IMG/VR virus record: IMGVR_UViG_3300020042_009066 | Span: 1-24,957 of that record | Length of the DNA stretch: 24,957 nt | From: a virus | Lineage: Duplodnaviria; Caudoviricetes | Direction: 5' to 3' (one strand) | In this document: in pieces, positions 15,106-24,045 of the stretch | How positions within the stretch are numbered: the first letter of the stretch is position 1 | How the letters are laid out: the number at the start of each line of letters is the position of its first letter | Notes under the pieces: generated by a model | The model's database searches: none | What the model was told of the DNA's origin: nothing | Seen by the model: only the letters and a program-made list of their open reading frames with translations | Made by a program: the position numbers and the translations under genes

Positions 15106-16658
15106 TGGGCGCATCTTTTCCAAATGTAACCTCAAATATTAATTCAGCTTTAACCGCACAAGATGCGGGTCAGCGTTCAATTTTGCTTACTGGTTGCATG
15201 ATTAGTGGCACTGCAACAAGCGGTCAACTAATTGAAGGGATTATTTCAAAAGCAGAATTTAACGCTCATTTTGGTGCTAAATCTCAAATTGCGAAAGCTG
15301 GCAGAGCTTTAATTGACGCTCTTTCAATTTCTAAAATTAAACCAAAAATCTCAGCAATCGGATTGGCTGACAATGCTTCGGGTGTTGCGGCAACTGGTTC
15401 AATTGCTTTTTCGGGAACTGCTTCGGCGTCTGGAACTTTTACTATTTATATTGATTCAATCAAAAATGGTAAATACGAATTAAATGTTGCAAGCGGAGAT
15501 ACAGCAACTGCCATTGGCTCTGCTTTGGCGGCTCTTATTAATGCCAACACTTATTCGCCAGTTTCGGCAGTTAATACAACTGGTTCAGTAGCCTTAACCG
15601 CTGCAAACGATGGAACTCAAGGCAACACTATTGGAATCAAGATTGAAGGAACTGTTGCTGGAATCACAACAACTTTAACAGCAATGGCAAGCGGCGCAAC
15701 AAACCCTGTATTGACTACGCTATTCGACCCTGTTGCCGATAAAAGATTTACTTCCATTGTTTATCCTGCTGAATGGGCAACTTCAACTTTAACCGCTTTT
15801 ACAGAATCAAGGTTTAATGTTGATAATAAAATTGTCGATGGTGTTGGTATTGTTTGCAAAAACGACACTTACGCTAATACAAATACTGCTGGTGATGCAT
15901 TAAACCAAAAAACCTTAGCATACTTGGGCGGTAATTTAATTTCTAGCTCAACTCACAAAGGCGGAGCTATTTTTGAAAGCCCACTTGTTAGAGCAGCTTA
16001 CGCAGCGGCTTATAGAGAACTAAGATTAACTGTTGGCGCGAATGTTTCATCAATTACAACCAATAATCAATCAATTGGCGGAAATTTCTTTGGCGGCATT
16101 CCTTATCACAACACTCCTTTTTCTTTGCTTCCAGTTATTGAAACTGGCAATGATTTTTCAGATGCGGAATGTGTTGAGTTAGAAAGTTCGGGCATTTGGT
16201 TGCTAAGAAACAATCCAGCAAATACAGCTATTATTTCAAACGAAGCGGTGACCACTTACAAAACCGATACTCTAGGGCAGCCAGACGCTACTTTTAAATA
16301 TTTGAACTATGTTGATACTTTGACAATCATTAGAGATTATGTTTTTCAAAACCTAAAATCTGATTTTTCGCAACACATTTTAACAACTGGTCAATTAATT
16401 GCTGGTCGCCCAATGGTTAATCGCGAAGGCTTCGTTGCAAGAATGATGGGCTATTACGCAACTCTTTCGGGCATCAACGGCAATAACAATTATGTGTTGC
16501 TAAGAGCTGGCACTCAAGAAGCCAAAGCTTTCAAGCAAGCACTTGATGACTCTGTTGTAATCACTTTGGTTGATGGCAAAATAACCGCTGAATCAATCGC
16601 TAATATTGTGACTCAAGTAAGAAATATTATTGTTAATTTTACACCAACTTTTGAATAA
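15105..16658 (+). CDS. Contractile tail sheath protein (Mu gpL-like), copy 1
   Basis: 517 aa; HFGAKSQIA, AATGSIAFSG, SGDTATAIGSAL, LTAANDGTQGN, MASGATNP, AVTTYKTD.LGQPD.TFKYLN. Confidence 0.92.
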   Translation: MGASFPNVTSNINSALTAQDAGQRSILLTGCMISGTATSGQLIEGIISKAEFNAHFGAKSQIAKAGRALIDALSISKIKPKISAIGLADNASGVAATGSIAFSGTASASGTFTIYIDSIKNGKYELNVASGDTATAIGSALAALINANTYSPVSAVNTTGSVALTAANDGTQGNTIGIKIEGTVAGITTTLTAMASGATNPVLTTLFDPVADKRFTSIVYPAEWATSTLTAFTESRFNVDNKIVDGVGIVCKNDTYANTNTAGDALNQKTLAYLGGNLISSSTHKGGAIFESPLVRAAYAAAYRELRLTVGANVSSITTNNQSIGGNFFGGIPYHNTPFSLLPVIETGNDFSDAECVELESSGIWLLRNNPANTAIISNEAVTTYKTDTLGQPDATFKYLNYVDTLTIIRDYVFQNLKSDFSQHILTTGQLIAGRPMVNREGFVARMMGYYATLSGINGNNNYVLLRAGTQEAKAFKQALDDSVVITLVDGKITAESIANIVTQVRNIIVNFTPTFE

Positions 16659-16660
16659 AT

Positions 16661-17005
16661 ATGGCTATTTTAAATTACGGCGATTTATCGATAAATAATA
16701 TTGTCAGGTCTTACGAAGGCATGGTTAAAGTTGAACCCGGCTCAAAAAAACGCGTTGTAAATCCGCAAGTGAATGGTTCAAAAATCATTACTTCCGACAT
16801 TTCAACTAACATGAGCAAAATCACAATCCCAGTGCGCGTCAGCCCAGCTTCTAACGATGAATACGACGATTTATATAACAACGGAGACAATAACACAATT
16901 TCTTTTAGAGACGAAAACTTTACAGCTTGCGTAATGGAAGTGTTGCCAGAGCGCGAAGATATGGCTGTTATTGAGTATGTATTCTATGGAGACCCTGCGG
17001 TATGA
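16661..17005 (+). CDS. Tail tube protein (Mu gpM-like), copy 1
   Basis: 114 aa, beta-rich, directly after the sheath. Confidence 0.8.
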   Translation: MAILNYGDLSINNIVRSYEGMVKVEPGSKKRVVNPQVNGSKIITSDISTNMSKITIPVRVSPASNDEYDDLYNNGDNNTISFRDENFTACVMEVLPEREDMAVIEYVFYGDPAV

Positions 17006-17463
17006 TGATTGATAAAATCACTTTCAAATTACAAACCCCAGTCAAAACCCAAGTAAATATTGATGGCAGAAACGATTTTGCTGATTTAGAAAATATTTAT
17101 TTACAAGCTCCATCCTACAAACAAAAGGATAAAACTCTTGTCTTAAAAAAGAAATTTATTGAAGCAGTCTTTTTAATGACAAACTCGCTTCAAAGACAAG
17201 AAGCGCAAGAACAAGTAGGTGATGGAAAGCTTGATGCCAAATCAATCAAAGCGGTTTTATTTGCGGCAAAAGACTTTGACATTGTCGCTTATTTCAAGCA
17301 ATTTGAAAGCCTGCTTTTAAGCGTTGGTTTTAAAGATGAAGAGATGAAACAGCCTTTAAACAATTTAGATATTCAAAAACTTGACGAGTCTGATTTTGAG
17401 GAGCTACTGGCTAAATATTTAGAGGTTTTTTTTATTACTTCGTGGATGAAGACTTTAAGCTAG
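17002..17463 (+). CDS. Tail assembly chaperone, copy 1
   Basis: Between tube and tape measure; FKLQTPV, IYLQAPS, LDESDFEEL; slippery site near the 3' end. Confidence 0.8.
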   Translation: MMIDKITFKLQTPVKTQVNIDGRNDFADLENIYLQAPSYKQKDKTLVLKKKFIEAVFLMTNSLQRQEAQEQVGDGKLDAKSIKAVLFAAKDFDIVAYFKQFESLLLSVGFKDEEMKQPLNNLDIQKLDESDFEELLAKYLEVFFITSWMKTLS

Positions 17464-17603
17464 AATCACTTATTTGCAATCTAGCTTATTTTTTCAAAGG
17501 CTCTGCTAGCATGGACTGGTTAGAATCTCAACCAATACCAAAACTTTTAAGACTGCAAAAAGAGGCGGAAAAAATCAACAAGCAATTAGAGAAAAATGTT
17601 TAA
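17427..17603 (+). CDS. -1 frameshift extension of chaperone 1 (lambda G-T / P2 E-E' type)
   Basis: In-frame slippery heptamer T-TTT-TTT at 17427-17433. The -1 frame reads YYFVDEDFKLESLICNLAYFFKGSASMDWLESQPIPKLLRLQKEAEKINKQLEKNV to TAA 17601-17603 and overlaps the tape-measure start. Confidence 0.8.
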   Translation, partial: FFYYFVDEDFKLESLICNLAYFFKGSASMDWLESQPIPKLLRLQKEAEKINKQLEKNV

Positions 17604-19014
17604 AATATCATATATCTACGATTTAGTTGATAACATAACGCCTCAACTTCATAAAATCCAAAATAATCTAAAAGAAACTGCATCGAAAGTTAATGCCTCC
17701 GCTGTTTCGATGGAACAAAGTTTTAACAAAGTAGGAAATAAACTAAATGATATTGGCAAAAAATCTTCTAAAATTGGCAGAGACATATTTCTAAAGACCA
17801 CAGTTCCGATAGGATTGTTAGGTGCTAGTTTTATTAAAACCGCATCAGATTATCAAGAGTCGCTTAATAAGGTCGATGTTGCCTTTGGAAACTCATCTCA
17901 AAGCGTTAAAAACTTTGCAAATACTGCTGGCAAGAATTTTGGTATTGATAGAGGTTCTGCTCTTGATATGGCTGCGATGTTTGGCGATATGTCAACGGGA
18001 ATGGGATTATCTCAAACAAAAGCCGCAGATTTATCAACAAAATTAGTTGGATTGGCTGGTGATTTAGCTTCATTTAAAAACATTGGTGTTGGCGAAGCTA
18101 CCACTGCTTTAGCTGGAATATTTACTGGCGAAACGGAGTCTTTAAAAAGATTAGGAATTGTCATGACGGAAGCAAATTTAGAACAATTTGCTTTGACGCA
18201 AGGAGTCACTAAAAAATTAAATGCTTTTACTCAAGCGGAAAAAGTCTTGCTGCGTTATAATTACATTATGGCAATGTCAAAGAATTCTGTCGGAGACTTT
18301 GCAAGAACTCAAGAGGGGTTCGCAAACCAGCAAAGAATTTTATCTTCAAGATTTAAAGATTTAAGCATTACTTTAGGCACAATACTTTTGCCTTATGCAA
18401 TTAAATTAGTTAATATTTTTATAAAAATAATCGAAAAGTTTCAAGAATTAAGTCCTAGAGCGCAAAAAATTATCTTAATTCTTGCTGGATTGGTAGCGGT
18501 TATAGCTCCTTTATTCATTGCGATTGGTTTTATTGCGTCGGGAGTCAGTGCTTTAATAGCGAGTTTTGCCTTTCTAGCTCCTTTATTGACTATAATAATA
18601 GCGGGTTTTGCTTTCCTAGTTTCTCCAGTTGGCTTGATTACTATTGCAGTTATTGGATTGATAGCTGCTATTTATCTTTTAAGAGACAGCTTTGTGATTG
18701 TCTATGATTTTCTAAAAGATAATTTATTGGCAATCTTTGATGCTATTGCTTTGAAAATAGAAAGCATTGGCACAAAAATAAATGAATTTCGCTCAAACGC
18801 CGCCTCAATTTTAAGTTCCGTTGGTTTAGAAGGTGCTGCTAATTTTGTCGCTCCCGAAGTTAATCAAAACATAAACAAACCTCAACAAATGACAGCTGGC
18901 GGTCAATTAGATGTCAACATTAAAGGGCTTCCAAAAGGTTCAAATGCTGGCTTTACACCAAAGCCTAATAATTTCTTGCCAGTTGGCTTGAATACTGTTT
19001 ATGGAGGGGCTTAA
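17596..19014 (+). CDS. Tail tape measure protein (short, 472 aa)
   Basis: DLVDNITPQL N-terminus, LAGDLASF...GETESLKRLGI core, long hydrophobic segment, C-terminal GGQLDVNIKGLPKG. Confidence 0.9.
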   Translation: MFKISYIYDLVDNITPQLHKIQNNLKETASKVNASAVSMEQSFNKVGNKLNDIGKKSSKIGRDIFLKTTVPIGLLGASFIKTASDYQESLNKVDVAFGNSSQSVKNFANTAGKNFGIDRGSALDMAAMFGDMSTGMGLSQTKAADLSTKLVGLAGDLASFKNIGVGEATTALAGIFTGETESLKRLGIVMTEANLEQFALTQGVTKKLNAFTQAEKVLLRYNYIMAMSKNSVGDFARTQEGFANQQRILSSRFKDLSITLGTILLPYAIKLVNIFIKIIEKFQELSPRAQKIILILAGLVAVIAPLFIAIGFIASGVSALIASFAFLAPLLTIIIAGFAFLVSPVGLITIAVIGLIAAIYLLRDSFVIVYDFLKDNLLAIFDAIALKIESIGTKINEFRSNAASILSSVGLEGAANFVAPEVNQNINKPQQMTAGGQLDVNIKGLPKGSNAGFTPKPNNFLPVGLNTVYGGA

Positions 19015-20205
19015 ATGACTGTATATAATACCGCAAGACTGCCCGATGGGCAATTTAGAGATGCTGGCTTCTTTTATCAAGATTCAAATGGAACTGGCGG
19101 CAGAAAAACCACAACTCACGAATACCCAAATAAAAAAGAACGCTATGTTGAGGATTTGGGCGGACTTGAAAAGAAATTTAGTTTAAACGTAATCACTGAT
19201 GACAATGTTTCTTACGCCGACAGAGATTCTTTAATAAATGCGCTTGATGAAAGTGGAATTGGAACTTTAATTCATCCATCAATGGGCGATTTACAAGTTG
19301 TTTGTGTTGGCTACACTTTTAACGAAAGCGTCAAAGAATTAGGCATTACCAAGTTTTCAATCGAGTTTGAAGTTGCTTCGCTTAACATTCTACCAACTGC
19401 AACAACTGGCAACAAAGGCTTTCTAGCTAATTTAAAATCTAAAATTCTTGGCAAAAACGAAGCGGCTTTTGACGCTGGATTTAAAAGCGTTAAAAATTCA
19501 AAAGCCAAGTTTGATTCTGCGGTAAAAACCTTAAAACAATCAGCCAACCAAATCAATAGAGTGGCAAGACAAATCCAAGGAGCTGCCGATTCTTTTTCTG
19601 ATTTTGCGACCTCAATTAATCAAATTGTAGCTAGTGCAAATAAATTAGTTCAATCGCCATCAATTTTGTCGGCAAACCTTAGAACCACTTTTAATAACTT
19701 AGGCGTTGCTTACAATAGCTCTCAAGACCTTTTTAACACAACGAAGGGGCTTTTTGGTTTTAACGAAAGAGACCAGAACACCAACGGCAATTCACAATTA
19801 CAACAAGACATAAAAGAAAACCAAAACCAAATAAATAACTTTATTAATGTTGCTGCTCTAGCTACCGCTTATGATGCGGCCGCCAACATAGACTACGCTA
19901 ATTTAGATGAGCTAAATCAGGTGATAAACCAGCTTGAAAGCGGATTTAATTCTTTGCCCGATATTGAGCGCACTTTATACGATGACTTGGTTTTAATGAA
20001 AATTGAAGCAACAAATATTTTTTCGCAATTGGCAATCAGCCTGCCCAACGTTGCGGAATATGAAATATTAAATCCAATTAGCTTAAATGTTTTAACTTAC
20101 AAGCTCTACGGATCGCTTGATTTAAAAGATACTTTAAAACTTTTAAATAGCTTTCGCGATACTTCGCAAGTTCAAGGCAAAATCAAAATTTTAACCAATG
20201 TCTAA
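19015..20205 (+). CDS. Mu gpN-like 'DNA circularisation' tail protein
   Basis: GGRKTTTHEYPNKKERYVEDLG, GIGTLIHPSMG, C-terminal VLTYKLYG. Confidence 0.9.
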   Translation: MTVYNTARLPDGQFRDAGFFYQDSNGTGGRKTTTHEYPNKKERYVEDLGGLEKKFSLNVITDDNVSYADRDSLINALDESGIGTLIHPSMGDLQVVCVGYTFNESVKELGITKFSIEFEVASLNILPTATTGNKGFLANLKSKILGKNEAAFDAGFKSVKNSKAKFDSAVKTLKQSANQINRVARQIQGAADSFSDFATSINQIVASANKLVQSPSILSANLRTTFNNLGVAYNSSQDLFNTTKGLFGFNERDQNTNGNSQLQQDIKENQNQINNFINVAALATAYDAAANIDYANLDELNQVINQLESGFNSLPDIERTLYDDLVLMKIEATNIFSQLAISLPNVAEYEILNPISLNVLTYKLYGSLDLKDTLKLLNSFRDTSQVQGKIKILTNV

Positions 20206-21262
20206 AATATTTTTGGAAGTTGAAGGCGTAAAATACGAGGGCTTCACCGATATTGCGGTTAATGGTGCAATGGAAAATTTCTCTTCTTCTTTTTCATTTT
20301 CAACCACAGTCAAAGAAAATTTTTTAGGCATAATTCAAAATGATTTAAAACTTGGGCAACAAGCGAGGGTTTTTATTGATTCAACTTTAGCAATTACTGG
20401 CTACATCGAATCGCTGGACATCTCTTATTCGGCAAGTTCTCATTCAATCAACGTTTCTGGTCGCGATATTGGCGGCGATTTAATTGATTCTTCGATTCGT
20501 CAAAAATCTTACATTCAAAGAGATTTTCAAAAGCTGATTAATCTTGTGTTGGTTGATAATGGCTATTCAATTAAAGTGATTAACAAAGTTGGAACTTTAA
20601 TTTTAGAGCCAACAGAAACTATAAAAACCGAGCAAGGCGATAGTGTTTTTGATTTTCTTGATAGATACGCTAAAAAATTGCAAGTGTTGCTTAAAATCAA
20701 TCCTAATGGCGATTTGGAAATAATCCGAGAAGATGATGACGTTGTTAAAAATTACTTGATAGCTGATTTCACGCAAAATACTAATATTTTGTCGGCAACT
20801 GTTAACTTGAGTAGTGTAAATCGCTTTAATCTAATTGAGGTTTATTCTCAAGATAATAATAAAACTCATACATCTACTGGCATTTCGCAAAAAGGAATTG
20901 CGACAGATTCTAAAATAAGAAGCACTCGCAGAAAAGTAATTACGATGAACACAGCCTCGCAATCTAAATCCTTGAAAGCCCTAGCAGAATGGAATATTAA
21001 TGTAAGGCGCGCAAAAGGTTCAAGATATTCTTGCAAAGTTGTTGGCTTTTATTCGGGCAAAGAAATTTGGCAAGTAAATAAATTAGTTAACATTATTGAT
21101 TATATCGCTCAAGTCACAGGCAACTTTTTAATTCAAGGTGTTGAATTTTCACAAAGCTTGCAAGGTTCTTTTACAACCCTTGATATTGTTGAAAGAGGGG
21201 CTTTTAGTGCTGAAGGCGTCAATAGTTTTGGCAATAGCTTTGCTGATGGGTTGATTAGCTAA
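20198..21262 (+). CDS. Mu gpP/gp44-like baseplate hub protein
   Basis: LEVEGVKYEGF, ITGYIE, VSGRDIGGDLIDSS, GDSVFDFLDR, AEWNINVRRA, WQVNKLV. Confidence 0.9.
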   Translation: MSKIFLEVEGVKYEGFTDIAVNGAMENFSSSFSFSTTVKENFLGIIQNDLKLGQQARVFIDSTLAITGYIESLDISYSASSHSINVSGRDIGGDLIDSSIRQKSYIQRDFQKLINLVLVDNGYSIKVINKVGTLILEPTETIKTEQGDSVFDFLDRYAKKLQVLLKINPNGDLEIIREDDDVVKNYLIADFTQNTNILSATVNLSSVNRFNLIEVYSQDNNKTHTSTGISQKGIATDSKIRSTRRKVITMNTASQSKSLKALAEWNINVRRAKGSRYSCKVVGFYSGKEIWQVNKLVNIIDYIAQVTGNFLIQGVEFSQSLQGSFTTLDIVERGAFSAEGVNSFGNSFADGLIS

Positions 21263-21263
21263 T

Positions 21264-21671
21264 TTATTCTTTTAATTCAAAATTGCGATTAGTTCTTTTT
21301 TCGCCAAGTTCAATTCTAGGAAAATTATTTATTGTTTCTTTTTCAAGTTGTATATGCAATATGCGAAGTTCTTTTTGGCGACAATTTACTATTGAATAGC
21401 CATTTTTACCTTTACAATTAAATATTTTGTAAAAATCTTTTTTTGAAACAATTATTTTTTCATCGGGAAGTAAAGTGCCTGCAAACAAAAGAACTTGCTC
21501 ATATGTTGGGTTTTTTTTAAAGGGAAAATTATCAAAATAAGTCACTTTCTTAGTTTTAAATCCTTGTTTTTTTTGATTTGAAATATATCCTAAAACCCAT
21601 CCCCAACAAAAAAAATTTAAAAAAATTAGCACCGAATTAAAATTTTCAAAATTAAACATGTTTATTGCCAT
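21264..21671 (-). CDS. Hypothetical protein with an N-terminal membrane anchor (antisense island)
   Basis: Hydrophobic VLIFLNFFCWGWVLGYI followed by a K-rich soluble part; start may be the later Met (MFNFEN). Confidence 0.65.
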   Translation of the reverse strand: MAINMFNFENFNSVLIFLNFFCWGWVLGYISNQKKQGFKTKKVTYFDNFPFKKNPTYEQVLLFAGTLLPDEKIIVSKKDFYKIFNCKGKNGYSIVNCRQKELRILHIQLEKETINNFPRIELGEKRTNRNFELKE

Positions 21672-21879
21672 AAATGTCGTGAAGCGTGATAACTTTGTTT
21701 TGACTTAATTGTTTAATTCCGTAAGAAATATTTGTAATAAATTCTATTTTTTTTGGCTCGGTTTTACGCAAAAAAGTATATTTAGGATGATTTGCCCGTT
21801 TAACAATAAAATTTCCATCAAGTTCTTGGCGATAAGAGCCAGTAATTATAATTTCATCTCCTTTATTGTAATTTTTCAT
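21652..21879 (-). CDS. Hypothetical protein (75 aa, antisense island)
   Basis: ORF track; coupled to both neighbours. Confidence 0.65.
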   Translation of the reverse strand: MKNYNKGDEIIITGSYRQELDGNFIVKRANHPKYTFLRKTEPKKIEFITNISYGIKQLSQNKVITLHDIYGNKHV

Positions 21880-21880
21880 T

Positions 21881-22144
21881 TTACTTTCTAATTACTTCTT
21901 TAAATTGAAATTTTGTTTTTAAAAGCTCTATCTTTTTTTTATCAAATTCCGCAAGGTCTTTATCATTCATTGAATTAAAATGACCATTAGTAATTCTAAA
22001 ACTTTTTTTATATTTTCCAATATTAGTTTGGAAAAGATAACTTCTAAAAATTACGCCGTCATTAATTTCAGTTTTTACTTCTAAAAATTCAGCATAATTT
22101 ACCAAAGCAAAATATTCTTTGTTCTGTTTAAAATTTTCACGCAT
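21881..22144 (-). CDS. Hypothetical protein (87 aa from ATG 22144, antisense island)
   Basis: ATG preceded by AAAACTAAAAAATAAA, similar to the left-hand cassette leaders; the track's TTG start at 22216 coincides with a -35-like hexamer. Confidence 0.6.
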   Translation of the reverse strand: MRENFKQNKEYFALVNYAEFLEVKTEINDGVIFRSYLFQTNIGKYKKSFRITNGHFNSMNDKDLAEFDKKKIELLKTKFQFKEVIRK

Positions 22145-22187
22145 TTTATTTTTTAGTTTTTTTGAATTTTCGATAGTTATTAACTTA

Positions 22188-22216
22188 AGGTTAATAACAT
22201 CTAATATTGATTGCAA
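22188..22216 (-). promoter_or_regulatory. Possible sigma70-type promoter for the antisense island
   Basis: Minus strand TTGCAA (22216-22211), 17 bp, TAACCT (22193-22188). Confidence 0.4.
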
Positions 22217-22233
22217 CTTGTTTTTTTTGTAAA

Positions 22234-22251
22234 TTTAATAATTTTTTAGAT
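22234..22251 (+). promoter_or_regulatory. Degenerate copy of the repeated motif upstream of tail module 2
   Basis: tttaataattttttagat versus tttaatcatattttttagat, at a similar distance (about 48 bp) from the next ATG. The AT-rich context weakens the call. Confidence 0.35.
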
Positions 22252-22298
22252 ATCACCACTATCTAATTTTTAGTTCACCACACTAAACAAAATAAAAC

Positions 22299-22499
22299 AT
22301 GAAAGCAGAATTAAAGTTTTTAAAAGACTTTTATATCCAAAAAAAATGGTATAAAGCAGACACTTCTATAGAAATTGAAGTAGATGAAGCTAACACTCCC
22401 CTAGATTCCGTTTGGTTTGAACAACTTAGATTTGAAGAAAATAAATCTAACTTCCAACTTATTACAAAATCATCACCTAAAATTAAATCAAAAGAATAA
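22299..22499 (+). CDS. Mu gp38 / DUF2635-like small pre-sheath protein, copy 2
   Basis: IEIEVDEANTPLDSVWFEQLR aligns with IEIDDVEGVPLDKFWRNRLK of copy 1; same position before the sheath. Confidence 0.7.
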   Translation: MKAELKFLKDFYIQKKWYKADTSIEIEVDEANTPLDSVWFEQLRFEENKSNFQLITKSSPKIKSKE

Positions 22500-22500
22500 T

Positions 22501-24039
22501 ATGGCTGGCACTTATCCTATTTCAGAATTTAATTTACTTTCAGCATTACAAAAAATTGATGCTGGAGCAAGAATCCCTTTAATTTTAGCTCAAGGAACAT
22601 CTGCTGGTTCTTTTACAAGCGGTAATTTAGTTTCAAATATTGGAACTGGACTTAATGCGGGTAAAGACCTTTGTGGAGCTGGTTCAATTGGTCATTTAAT
22701 GATTGACGCTTTTAGACAAGCAAGCCCAAACACAAGATTAGATGCAATTATTGTTTCGGATAATGGCTCTGGGGTTCAAGCTACTGGTTCAATTGCTTTT
22801 ACAGCTTCAAGCCCTGTTGCTGGAACTTTGTATGTAACTGTTGGCTCTTACACTAAAAACAAATATGCAATTGCAGTAACAACAGCCTCAACAGCAACAA
22901 CTATTGGTGCTGATTTAGTAGCTGCTATTACTGCTGATAGTAATTCACCAGTAACAGCTTCAAACACAACTGGAACAGTCACTTTTACAGCTAAAAATGA
23001 TGGAACAGAAGGCAATAGAATTTCAATTAAAGTTGAAAGTTTGCCAAGTGGAGTTGCTGCAACAATAACAGCTTTTACAAACGGCGCAACTGACCCTGTC
23101 TTGACTGGTGTTTTATCTAAAATTGATGCCGCAAGATATGATATTATTTTTCCAGTATGTTTTTTAGCAACTGTAAAAACTCATTTGGAAGCTAAATTTA
23201 ATACTAGAAATGCTATCTTAGATGGCGTTGGTATGGTTTGTAAAACTGACACTTACGCTAACCATGTAACCGCTTTAGCTCCTGCAACACTGGCTTCAAA
23301 AGTAATTACTCCTTACACCTGTTTAAAATTAGTAAATGATTCTGATTGGAAAGGAAACGAAATTGTTGAGTTAGACTATGTTTTACCAGCCTACATTGCT
23401 GGTTTAAGAGCGCAAAGATTAAAAGAAAATGCTTCTATTAGCTCATTTATGATGAGCAATAACAACAGAGGTGGTTTATTTACTGCTGGCTTGCCTTACG
23501 CCAACATGAAGCTTAATGACTTAAACACTATTGCGACTGGAAAAGGATTTACTTTAGCTGAAATTGAAGGTTTAGGTGATTTAGGCGGTTCAACTTTAAG
23601 TATGGATGAAAGTGGTATTGTTGCAGTTACTAATAAACTTTGGACAACTGCTTATAAACAAGCAAGTCCAACTGCTGATGGCTATACTTATCAAACTTTG
23701 AATAAGTCTGATTGTGCTACAATTGCCAGAGAGTATATTTTAAAAAATATGAAAAGTTTTTATGCTCAATCTGGTTTAACTAGCGGAGATTTGCCAAACA
23801 ATCCATTAGCAACTTATGCTAACGAAAAATCAATTAGAGCTTATATTGTTAACCTTTGGTTAGATTTGACTGATTTTCCTTACAACGTGCTTCAATATTC
23901 AGCAGAACTTGAAGCTGAATTTAAAACAAACCTAATCGTTGTAGTTAATACTTCAACTGGAACAGTTACTGGTTCAATGAAATTTAACTTAATGGGTCAA
24001 TTAGATTCATTTACCTTTGATTTAACACCACAATTATAA
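22501..24039 (+). CDS. Contractile tail sheath protein (Mu gpL-like), copy 2 (512 aa)
   Basis: Aligns by eye with copy 1: DNGSGVQATGSIAF, SPVTASNTTGTVTFTAKNDGTEGN, GATDPVLT, DGVGMVCKTDTYAN. ATG 22501 (MAGTYP) matches MGASFP of copy 1. Confidence 0.92.
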   Translation: MAGTYPISEFNLLSALQKIDAGARIPLILAQGTSAGSFTSGNLVSNIGTGLNAGKDLCGAGSIGHLMIDAFRQASPNTRLDAIIVSDNGSGVQATGSIAFTASSPVAGTLYVTVGSYTKNKYAIAVTTASTATTIGADLVAAITADSNSPVTASNTTGTVTFTAKNDGTEGNRISIKVESLPSGVAATITAFTNGATDPVLTGVLSKIDAARYDIIFPVCFLATVKTHLEAKFNTRNAILDGVGMVCKTDTYANHVTALAPATLASKVITPYTCLKLVNDSDWKGNEIVELDYVLPAYIAGLRAQRLKENASISSFMMSNNNRGGLFTAGLPYANMKLNDLNTIATGKGFTLAEIEGLGDLGGSTLSMDESGIVAVTNKLWTTAYKQASPTADGYTYQTLNKSDCATIAREYILKNMKSFYAQSGLTSGDLPNNPLATYANEKSIRAYIVNLWLDLTDFPYNVLQYSAELEAEFKTNLIVVVNTSTGTVTGSMKFNLMGQLDSFTFDLTPQL

Positions 24040-24045
24040 TAAAAT

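Noticed and set aside
1746-21891. Shadow ORFs in the track (1746-1979, 3624-3809, 4223-4441, 4481-4732, 7178-7519, 7714-8016, 9152-9457, 10513-10728, 11721-11927, 12933-13142, 14174-14356, 16711-16896, 17822-18046, 18012-18209, 19311-19556, 21709-21891)
   Set aside because: They overlap better-supported genes in another frame or strand and show no recognisable motifs.
22417-22500. Longer N-terminus of sheath 2 given by the ORF track
   Set aside because: It overlaps the gp38-like gene; ATG 22501 aligns with the start of sheath 1.
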